A stretch of DNA of 64,000 bases from the NCBI GenBank assembly GCA_013336165.1, contig JAAXUF010000008.1, positions 4,538 to 68,537 of the forward strand, in the 5' to 3' direction. The DNA is from Coriobacteriia bacterium. Lineage in GTDB: Bacteria; Actinomycetota; Coriobacteriia; Anaerosomatales; JAAXUF01. Of this stretch, positions 44,172 to 51,686 are shown in pieces. The translations under genes were made by a program, and so were the position numbers. The notes below the pieces were generated by a model. That model was not told the origin of the DNA, searched no databases, and saw only the letters and a list, made by a program, of their open reading frames with translations. How positions within the stretch are numbered: the stretch's first letter is position 1; every line of letters begins with the position of its first letter.

Positions 44172-45464
44172 ATGGATACCCTGCGCATCAAGCGTGAGAT
44201 ACGGAAAGCGGTGCACCTCGCGCGTGCTGACGACGGGATGGCGCTGGCAACCGTGGTCGTGATCTCGGCGATTCTGTTTATGCTGGTGACCACACTCCTT
44301 GTGGTGGTTGCACAGCAGCAGCTTACGACCTCACATACTGTCGCAAGGGCTAAGGCGCTCCAAGTTGCGGATTCCGGAATTGACGCTTATCTCTACCACA
44401 TGAGGCAGAACACGACCTACTACTCCACCAATCCCGTGTTGGGACCGGTTGCAACCACTGAAGGCATGTTCACCGTCACCGCCACGCCACCAACGGGCAA
44501 CGGGCCCATCATCTTGAGATCCGTCGGCACCATACCATCCCTAGGGGCCACGAAAAGCATAGTCGCCTCAGTCAGATACCCAACCTTTGCTGACTATGTG
44601 TTCCTGTATGATACGGACATCAGTATCGGCTCTGAAGCCACCATTATTGGCAAGGTCAGAAGCAACAGAAGCATCGACAACGATGGCGTGATCACCGGTG
44701 CCTGCATCGCGGCCGATTCCATCACGGGAAGTGGTTCGTTTGGCAGCAGGCAGCCCGACTCGCCAGTCATCGACTTCTCGAGCGTCTTGACCGACATGGG
44801 CCAGATGAAGACCACGGCACAGGGGACATCCACGTATTTCGCGTCGTCGGGCACTCGCGGCTACCGGGTTATCCTGAACGGCATGAACTTCAGCGTTGCG
44901 AAGGTGACTGCTGTGAACAGTTCAACAGGCGCCCTGACTCTGGGAACCGCGACGAACTACTCGATTCCCACGGCAGGAATCCTCTATTTCAATGACACTA
45001 TCTGGCTCAGCGGAACGTACTCGACAAGAGTCACTGTTGCATGCGGCGATACGAGCGTCAACGACCCCGGCTATGCGACTCCCGTAGACGATTCGGCCGT
45101 GTTCATTCTGGACAACTTGGTCCCCCAGGATCCATATGGCACGGCGGTCTGCGGTGTCGTTGCGCTCGGGGATATCAGCGTACCCAGTTGGTACAGTTCG
45201 ATGCCGCAGGATCTGACGATCCAGGCCGCCCTTCTCTCGCAGGCCGGCGGTATCCATGCTGACTGGTCTTCTGCGAGGAACAAGGACAGCTTCCACTTGA
45301 TCGGATCTAGGGCGCAGAAAGGCGAGGGAGGTTTCGTGAGCGGCTCCATGGGCTTCATGTCGCGTGTCTACGAGTACGATGCTCGACTCGACACAAACCC
45401 GCCGCCCAGCTTCCCGGTTGTGAGAGACGGTGCGCTCAAGGTCAGTACGTGGGTCGAGAACTGA
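44172..45464 (+). CDS. PilX/GspK-like minor pilin lacking Glu+5 (tentative)
   Basis: 'ARADDG' followed by 'MALATVVVISAILFMLVTTLLVVVA', then 'ALQVADSGIDAYLYHM', which is PilX-N-like. A large C-terminal domain follows. It is the last gene of the minor-pilin trio. Confidence 0.55.
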   Translation: MDTLRIKREIRKAVHLARADDGMALATVVVISAILFMLVTTLLVVVAQQQLTTSHTVARAKALQVADSGIDAYLYHMRQNTTYYSTNPVLGPVATTEGMFTVTATPPTGNGPIILRSVGTIPSLGATKSIVASVRYPTFADYVFLYDTDISIGSEATIIGKVRSNRSIDNDGVITGACIAADSITGSGSFGSRQPDSPVIDFSSVLTDMGQMKTTAQGTSTYFASSGTRGYRVILNGMNFSVAKVTAVNSSTGALTLGTATNYSIPTAGILYFNDTIWLSGTYSTRVTVACGDTSVNDPGYATPVDDSAVFILDNLVPQDPYGTAVCGVVALGDISVPSWYSSMPQDLTIQAALLSQAGGIHADWSSARNKDSFHLIGSRAQKGEGGFVSGSMGFMSRVYEYDARLDTNPPPSFPVVRDGALKVSTWVEN

Positions 45465-45485
45465 CGGTCTGCGACATTAGTACTT

Positions 45486-45511
45486 GACCGGGTCGCTGCT
45501 GCGGCCCGGTT
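45486..45511 (+). terminator. Weak candidate terminator after the minor-pilin operon
   Basis: The stem 'gaccggg'/'cccggtt' encloses a 12-nt loop and is followed by the T-rich 'gtcttgttg'. It is short and imperfect. Confidence 0.3.
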
Positions 45512-45541
45512 GTCTTGTTGGGAGAGAGGCAGTGGTCTTCG

Positions 45542-46627
45542 ATGACTGAAGTGCGGGTGGAGGGACTGCGCGCGCGCCTGAGTACCGACGGCGTTGCGGC
45601 TCTTGCGGTCATCGGCGTTCCCAACATCACCTATCTCACGGGTTTCAGCCACGTCTTCGACGACGAGCCGGCGCATGTGGCCCTCGTGACCTCAGATGCT
45701 TGCACGCTCTACACGGATTCGCGCTATGCCGAGGCCGTCAGGAGCGCGGCAGACGGTACCCCCTGGCGTATCGCGCTTCCTGCCGGCGAGGTGCTCTCGG
45801 CGGTTCGGCAGGACCTGATGGATGCCGGCATCACCAAAGTGGCGATCGAGTCGACGCTGCCGTATCGTCGGTTCGAGCGATTCCGCACCGGCTTCACCGG
45901 TGAAGTTGTGGCCGCCGATGGCTGGGTGGAGGACTTGCGCCGGGTCAAGGATGCCGATGAGATCGCGAGCATCACCGCAGCCCAAGCACTGACGGATGCG
46001 GCTTTCGAGCACATTCTCGCCTTCGTGAAGGCTGGCGTCACCGAGCGCGACATTGCCCTCGAGCTTGAGTTCTTCATGCGCAAGCAGGGGAGCGACGGCG
46101 TCGCTTTCGCCCCGATTGTGGCGAGCGGCCCGAACTCGGCCAAGCCCCACGCGGCGATCACTGATCGCGCATTCACTCAGGGTGACTTCGTGGTCATGGA
46201 CTTTGGTGCGCGAATAGACGGTTACTGTGCCGACATGACACGCACCGTGGTCATCGGCCGTGCCACGGATCGCCACCGCGAGATCTATGAGGCGGTTCTT
46301 GCCGCCAACATCGTCGGAATCGCCGCCGTGAAGGCGGGTTTGCTCGGCAAACAGATCGACGCGGCGGCCCGCGCAGTGATCGAGGAGCGAGGGTTCGCGC
46401 AGTACTTCGAGCACGGGTTGGGGCACGGAGTGGGGCTCGAAGTCCACGAGATGCCGGGCCTCGGACCTCGGTCGACGAAGCCGGTTCCAGAAGGCAGCGT
46501 CGTGACTGTGGAGCCGGGAGTCTATGTGCCGGGCTTCGGCGGTGTTAGAATCGAGGACTTGGTGGTGGTAGAGGCGGATCACGCACGCGTCCTCACCCGA
46601 TCGGCCAAGGATCTGCTGGAACTGTAG
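45542..46627 (+). CDS. pepP: Xaa-Pro aminopeptidase/dipeptidase (M24B family)
   Basis: ORF 45515..46627 trimmed to ATG 45542. Shows 'FVVMDFGARIDGYCADMTRT', 'HGLGHGVGLEVHE', and 'VTVEPGVY...GGVRIED'. Confidence 0.9.
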   Translation: MTEVRVEGLRARLSTDGVAALAVIGVPNITYLTGFSHVFDDEPAHVALVTSDACTLYTDSRYAEAVRSAADGTPWRIALPAGEVLSAVRQDLMDAGITKVAIESTLPYRRFERFRTGFTGEVVAADGWVEDLRRVKDADEIASITAAQALTDAAFEHILAFVKAGVTERDIALELEFFMRKQGSDGVAFAPIVASGPNSAKPHAAITDRAFTQGDFVVMDFGARIDGYCADMTRTVVIGRATDRHREIYEAVLAANIVGIAAVKAGLLGKQIDAAARAVIEERGFAQYFEHGLGHGVGLEVHEMPGLGPRSTKPVPEGSVVTVEPGVYVPGFGGVRIEDLVVVEADHARVLTRSAKDLLEL

Positions 46628-46668
46628 AAGTGACTTATCGGCGAGCTGCCGACTAGGCAAAAGGAGCC

Positions 46669-47235
46669 ATGAGAGTGTCAGTCACAACGGCAAACTTCAA
46701 GAACGGCATGTGCATCGTGCACGACGGCAAGCGCTGGGTGATCATCGATTTCCAGCACGTCAAGCCTGGCAAGGGCGGTGCGTTTGTGCGCACCAAGCTC
46801 AAAGAACTCAAGTCGGGTCGCGTGGTTGAGTACACGTTTCGCTCGGGCGAGAAGTTCGACGACGTTCGCATCGAGACCAAGCACATGCAATTCCTGTACA
46901 AGGACGGCGATACGTTCTACTTCATGGACAACGCCAGCTACGAGCAGGTCGAGCTCAATGCCGATTTCGTCGGCGATCAGGCCAAGTGGCTGCGGGAGAA
47001 CGACGAGGTCGACATCGTGACCGCCGATGGCGAGTACATGGGTGTTGAGCCTCCGATGTTCGTTGACCTCGAGGTCATCGAGACGGATCCCGGGTTCAAG
47101 GGCGACACCGTCCAGGGCGGCTCGAAGCCCGCGACGCTCGAGACAGGCGCCGTGGTGCAGGTTCCGATGTTCATCAACACCGGTGACAGGCTTCGCATAG
47201 ACACGCGCGACGCACGCTACATCACGCGCGTCTAG
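46669..47235 (+). CDS. efp: Elongation factor P
   Basis: 'ANFKNGMCIVHDGKRWVIIDFQHVKPGKGGAFVRTKLK' and 'TGAVVQVPMFINTGD'. Confidence 0.95.
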   Translation: MRVSVTTANFKNGMCIVHDGKRWVIIDFQHVKPGKGGAFVRTKLKELKSGRVVEYTFRSGEKFDDVRIETKHMQFLYKDGDTFYFMDNASYEQVELNADFVGDQAKWLRENDEVDIVTADGEYMGVEPPMFVDLEVIETDPGFKGDTVQGGSKPATLETGAVVQVPMFINTGDRLRIDTRDARYITRV

Positions 47236-47374
47236 CGGTTCTTTAGCCGGCGATGTGACAGGCGTGCAGCCAGCGCGCCTGTCGTCGTATATACTGTCTG
47301 ACTACGCACAGATTGGCGGCGTCAGAAGAGGCGCCCACTTTGATATACGCCCTGACGCACGCCAAGGAGGCGCA

Positions 47375-49219
47375 ATGCGACCAGTCCACATCACCGATAC
47401 GACGCTTCGCGACGCGCACCAATCGCTGTGGGCCACGCGGATGGAGATCGGCGACATGTTGCCGATACTCGCGAAGATGGATTCCGTCGGGTACTGGTCG
47501 CTCGAGGTGTGGGGCGGAGCGACGTTTGACTCCTGTCTGCGCTTCATGGACGAGAATCCGTGGGAGCGGTTGCGCACGATCAAGGCGCACTGTCCCAACA
47601 CGCCGCTACAGATGCTTCTTCGCGGACAGAACCTGGTCGGCTATCATCACTACTCGGATGAGATCGTCACGAGGTTCGTGCATGCGAGCAAGCGCAACGG
47701 CATCGACGTCTTCCGGGTGTTCGACGCCCTGAACGACATCCGCAATGTGGAGACGGCGGCTAGTGCGGTCAAGGAATGCGGAGGCCTCTTTGAAGGCGCG
47801 ATTTCCTACACTGTCAGCCCGGTGCACACCATCGATTCCTATCTTGAGTACGCGCAGCAGCTCAAAGAACTCGGTGCGGACACGATCTGCATCAAGGACA
47901 TGGCAGGCATGCTCACGCCATTTCGTACCGAGAAGATGGTGCGTGCGCTGAAGGACCAGATCGGTCTGCCGGTTCATGTGCACTGCCACTACATCGGCGG
48001 TATGGCTCCGATGAACTACGTGAAGGCCGCCGAGGCGGGCGCCGACATCGTAGACACCGCTGTGGTCGCTTTGGCGTTCGGCAACAGCCAGCCGGCTGTC
48101 GAGACGATCGTGGCCGCGCTCAAGGAGTCCCCGTACGATACCGGGCTTGACCTCGACCTGCTGTTCGAGATCGCCGAGTACTGGGAGGGTGTGCGCAAGA
48201 AGAAACACCTCAAGCGCGGAATCACCACGCTGCTCTCCATGGAAGTCTTCAGCCACCAGGTGCCGGGCGGCATGATGAGCAACCTCATCTCTCAGCTTGA
48301 GGCACAAAAGGCGATGGACCGCCTCCCCGACGTCTTCGCCGAGGTCCCCATAGTGCGGGCAGAGGTCGGCTATCCGCCTCTCGTAACGCCTCTGTCGCAG
48401 ATCGTCGGGACTCAGGCCGTCATCAACGTCCTGACCGGCAAGCGCTGGAACCTAGTGCCCCAGGAAATGAAGAACTACATCAAGGGCTACTACGGCAAAG
48501 CGCCGGGCCCGATGAACCGGGACATCGTCGCCAAGGTTCTCGGCGACGAAGCTCAGCTTGCGCCTGACATTCGCCCCGGGTCGCTTGTGACCACCACCTA
48601 TTCGGAAGTCGAGGCCGAGATCGGCGAGTTGGCCAAGAGTGAAGAAGACGTGCTCATGTACGCGCTCTTCCCCAACGAAGCACTTCAGTACCTCACTACT
48701 CACAAGGTTGGCGCCGAGAAGGCCGTCTTCCTTCAGAGCGAGGAATACAAGACTGTCAAGGAGGACGAATCCGTGGATGTGAACCAAATCCGGGAACTGA
48801 TCAAGGTCGTCGAGGCCTCGGACATCACAGAGATCACAATCGAAGAGGGCGAAACCAAGGTGACGATCCGCAAAGGCGGGTCGGTCGCAGTCGCGTGCGA
48901 AACCTCGGCCGCCGCTCCTGTCGCAGCCGCCCCGGCCGCGACTCCCGCCGCCCCTGCGGCGTCGGCGCGTCCGGCTTCGTGGAGGCAGGTCGTTGCCCCC
49001 ATGGTCGGCACCTTCTACGAGGCCGCTTCCCCCACCTCTACCGCATTCGTTTCCGTGGGCGATTCGGTTTCTGAGGGCCAGACGCTGTGCATCCTCGAAG
49101 CCATGAAGCTGATGAACGAGATCATCGCCGAGGAGGCGGGCATCATCCGCGAGATCGGCGTCGCGAACGGCTCCGCGGTTGAGTATGGCACGGTTCTGTT
49201 CTCCTACGAGCCCATCTAG
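47375..49219 (+). CDS. Carboxyltransferase (oxaloacetate decarboxylase alpha / pyruvate carboxylase subunit B / transcarboxylase 5S type) fused to a full AccB-like biotin carboxyl carrier protein
   Basis: ORF 47255..49219 trimmed to ATG 47375, preceded by the RBS 'aaggagg'. The N-terminus reads '[18 protein letters not shown]...[15 protein letters not shown]'. The C-terminal ~150 aa read like a whole AccB: '[29 protein letters not shown]', an A/P linker, then 'APMVGTFY...[12 protein letters not shown]' (biotinyl-Lys motif). Confidence 0.88.
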   Translation: MRPVHITDTTLRDAHQSLWATRMEIGDMLPILAKMDSVGYWSLEVWGGATFDSCLRFMDENPWERLRTIKAHCPNTPLQMLLRGQNLVGYHHYSDEIVTRFVHASKRNGIDVFRVFDALNDIRNVETAASAVKECGGLFEGAISYTVSPVHTIDSYLEYAQQLKELGADTICIKDMAGMLTPFRTEKMVRALKDQIGLPVHVHCHYIGGMAPMNYVKAAEAGADIVDTAVVALAFGNSQPAVETIVAALKESPYDTGLDLDLLFEIAEYWEGVRKKKHLKRGITTLLSMEVFSHQVPGGMMSNLISQLEAQKAMDRLPDVFAEVPIVRAEVGYPPLVTPLSQIVGTQAVINVLTGKRWNLVPQEMKNYIKGYYGKAPGPMNRDIVAKVLGDEAQLAPDIRPGSLVTTTYSEVEAEIGELAKSEEDVLMYALFPNEALQYLTTHKVGAEKAVFLQSEEYKTVKEDESVDVNQIRELIKVVEASDITEITIEEGETKVTIRKGGSVAVACETSAAAPVAAAPAATPAAPAASARPASWRQVVAPMVGTFYEAASPTSTAFVSVGDSVSEGQTLCILEAMKLMNEIIAEEAGIIREIGVANGSAVEYGTVLFSYEPI

Positions 49220-49230
49220 CGGAGGTGCCC

Positions 49231-50598
49231 GTGTTCGATCGCATTCTCATCGCCAATCGCGGCGAGATCGCTTTGCGGGTCATTCGGGCCGCAAAGGAGA
49301 TGGGCATCCAGACAGTCGCGGTCTACTCCGACGCAGACAAGGACTCGTTGCCTGTCGCCATGGCCGACCGCGCTGTGTGCATCGGCCCGGCGCCGGCCTC
49401 GCAGTCGTACCTCAACATGTCCAACATCATTTCCGCCGCGCTTACCACCGGCGCCCAAGCGATTCATCCCGGGTACGGCTTTCTCGCCGAGAACTCGGCC
49501 TTCGCGCGCGCGTGCGCGGACTCCGGGCTGGTCTTCATCGGCCCGTCGCCCGACGCTATCGACCGCATGGGCGACAAGTCGGTTGCGCGCGAGACCATGG
49601 CGGCTGCTGGTGTGCCGACGGTTCCAGGCTCCGACGGTCCGGTCGAAAGCTACGAGGAGGCCCTCGTCTTCGCCGAGAAGGTCGGGTTCCCCGTCCTCAT
49701 CAAAGCGAGCGCAGGCGGCGGCGGCAAGGGTATGCGCGTTGCCCGTGACGCGAGTGAGTTGCACGCCAACCTGACCGCCGCCAAGACCGAGGCGGCGGCG
49801 GCATTCGGCAACGATACCGTCTACATCGAGAAGTACCTCCTGCGCCCGCGCCACGTGGAGATGCAGGTCCTAGCGGACAGTCACGGCAACGCGGTGCACC
49901 TCTACGAGCGCGACTGCTCGATCCAGCGCCGTCACCAGAAGCTGGTGGAGGAGGCGCCGTCTCCTGCGGTGACGCCGGAGCTTCGCGCGGCGATGGGAGA
50001 GGCCGCCATGAAGGCGGTTCGCGCGGTCAACTACATCAACGCCGGCACGATCGAGTTTTTGCTCGACACAGACGGCAGATTCTACTTCATGGAGATGAAC
50101 ACCCGCGTTCAGGTCGAGCACCCCATCACCGAGCAGATCACGGGTGTGGACATCATCAAGGAACAGATCCGGATCGCATCCGGCGAACCCATGCGTCACA
50201 AGACCCAGGACCAGATCGTCAAGCGGGGTCACGCGATTGAGTTTCGTATCAATGCCGAGGACCCGGCGCACAACTTTCGCCCGCATCCCGGCCTGATCGA
50301 GGTGTTCAACCCCCCGGGTGGTTTTGGCGTGCGTATCGACAGCCATGTGTATTCGGGATATCGCGTTCCGCCCACGTACGACTCCTTGCTCGGCAAGCTG
50401 GTTGTGTGGGGTGAGACGCGTGACGAGGCTATTGCCCGGGCGCGACGCGCGCTCGACGAATTCATCGTGATCGGCATTCCGACGACGATTCCTTTTCATC
50501 AGGCAGTTGTCGAGAACAAGGCGTTCCAGTCAGGTGACGTCTATACTGACTTTATCGAGGCAGAAATGAGCGACGAGAAGGACAAGGGGGCAGCGTAG
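49231..50598 (+). CDS. accC: Biotin carboxylase (AccC / pyruvate carboxylase subunit A type)
   Basis: '[19 protein letters not shown]', '[13 protein letters not shown]', and '[14 protein letters not shown]'. GTG 49231 follows the RBS 'ggagg'. The ORF track starts two codons earlier, at 49225. Confidence 0.93.
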   Translation: MFDRILIANRGEIALRVIRAAKEMGIQTVAVYSDADKDSLPVAMADRAVCIGPAPASQSYLNMSNIISAALTTGAQAIHPGYGFLAENSAFARACADSGLVFIGPSPDAIDRMGDKSVARETMAAAGVPTVPGSDGPVESYEEALVFAEKVGFPVLIKASAGGGGKGMRVARDASELHANLTAAKTEAAAAFGNDTVYIEKYLLRPRHVEMQVLADSHGNAVHLYERDCSIQRRHQKLVEEAPSPAVTPELRAAMGEAAMKAVRAVNYINAGTIEFLLDTDGRFYFMEMNTRVQVEHPITEQITGVDIIKEQIRIASGEPMRHKTQDQIVKRGHAIEFRINAEDPAHNFRPHPGLIEVFNPPGGFGVRIDSHVYSGYRVPPTYDSLLGKLVVWGETRDEAIARARRALDEFIVIGIPTTIPFHQAVVENKAFQSGDVYTDFIEAEMSDEKDKGAA

Positions 50599-50599
50599 G

Positions 50600-50950
50600 A
50601 TGTCTGACGAGATTCGGCTCGAGGGACTGGGAGTAGCCCCCGGAGTGCTTGACACGATCGTGACGATGGCCGCACAAAGTGTCGAGGGCGTCGCGGCCGT
50701 CGGCGCGCCGGGAATCGCCGGTATCGTGCAGAAGAACAGCCGGAAGGGAACGGCGCGCGCTGTCGATGTGATCGTCGGCGAGGACGGAACCGTCTCAGTG
50801 ACCGTGCACGTGCAAATACTGTATGGCCATCGGATCAAGGACGTCGCTGCTGCCGTTCAGGCCTGCGTCCTTGATGCGATTTCGATCCAAGTCGGCGTTG
50901 AAGTCGCTGCTGTCGACGTGTATGTCGACGGCATTGTGTTCGCCGAGTGA
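50600..50950 (+). CDS. Asp23/Gls24-family stress protein
   Basis: 'VAPGVLDTIVTMAAQSVEGVAAV' and 'VDVYVDGI' fit the family. The gene lies between accC and nusB, as yqhY does in Bacillus (from memory). Confidence 0.85.
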   Translation: MSDEIRLEGLGVAPGVLDTIVTMAAQSVEGVAAVGAPGIAGIVQKNSRKGTARAVDVIVGEDGTVSVTVHVQILYGHRIKDVAAAVQACVLDAISIQVGVEVAAVDVYVDGIVFAE

Positions 50951-51390
50951 GCCGGATGCTTGAGCGAAGCAGGGCGCGCAGGCAAGCGCTCCAGATACTC
51001 TACCAGCGGGAAATCACCGGGGAGGCCGCCGAGGACATTCTGCTCGCCGGCAGTTACTCCGTCGAAGATGGTGAGCCCGACGAGTACTGCAGGGATCTCG
51101 TCATCGGTGTCGAGCAGCACATCGCCGGAATCGACGAGCTCATCGCCGAGGTCTCGGAGAACTGGTCGGTGTCGCGCATGCCTTTTGTCGACCGCAATAT
51201 CCTTCGTGTGGCGATCTACGAGATCGTCCATCATCCGGATGTTCCCACCAGTGTCGCCATCAACGAGGCGGTTGAGTTGGCCAAGGTCTACGGTACCGAT
51301 GATTCATCCAAGTTCGTGAACGGCGTCCTGGGCAAGATCGCCCTGCGGAATGCCGAGGAAAAGGGTACAGAGGAGTCGACCGATGCCTGA
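50947..51390 (+). CDS. nusB: Transcription antitermination factor NusB
   Basis: 'RRQALQILYQ', 'DRNILRVAIYEI', and 'INEAVELAKVYG...KFVNGVLG'. Confidence 0.9.
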   Translation: MSRMLERSRARRQALQILYQREITGEAAEDILLAGSYSVEDGEPDEYCRDLVIGVEQHIAGIDELIAEVSENWSVSRMPFVDRNILRVAIYEIVHHPDVPTSVAINEAVELAKVYGTDDSSKFVNGVLGKIALRNAEEKGTEESTDA

Positions 51391-51643
51391 GGAGTCCCAC
51401 GGTTTCGCCGCCGCCCGAGTGCGTCTTGAAGAGATTGTCACGCAGGTCCGTAAGAAGGACACGTCGCTCGAGAAGAGCCTCGACCTTCTTGAGGAGGGCG
51501 TGCGGCTTGCGGGATCGTGCACGGAACTGATAGATCGCGCCGACTGGAGCGCCGAGGCTTCTATTGCGAGCGATGGCGAGGCGGTTGGGTCAGAGCAGGG
51601 TGCTGAAGAACCCCACGACACTTCGGCCGAGGAGTCATCCTAA
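51383..51643 (+). CDS. xseB: Exodeoxyribonuclease VII small subunit
   Basis: ORF 51350..51643 trimmed to ATG 51383, which overlaps the nusB stop. 'FAAARVRLEEIVTQVRKKDTSLEKSLDLLEEGVRLAGSCTELI' matches the XseB helical-hairpin pattern. An acidic tail follows. Confidence 0.8.
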   Translation: MPEESHGFAAARVRLEEIVTQVRKKDTSLEKSLDLLEEGVRLAGSCTELIDRADWSAEASIASDGEAVGSEQGAEEPHDTSAEESS

Positions 51644-51686
51644 GAGGGACCGACTCGTGCTACGGTCAGTGTAATGCTTAACGGAG

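Noticed and set aside
47255-47374. A 40-codon N-terminal extension of the carboxyltransferase ORF. The same type of extension occurs at 9935 (hisS), 25133 (aroE), 33452/33983 (pilins), 38465 (aroC), 41219 (aroQ), 60994 (M20) and 62268 (ald)
   Set aside because: In each case an internal ATG or GTG is preceded by a good Shine-Dalgarno sequence and begins exactly where family-typical N-terminal motifs start. The extensions overlap upstream genes or terminator-like hairpins and have an odd composition.
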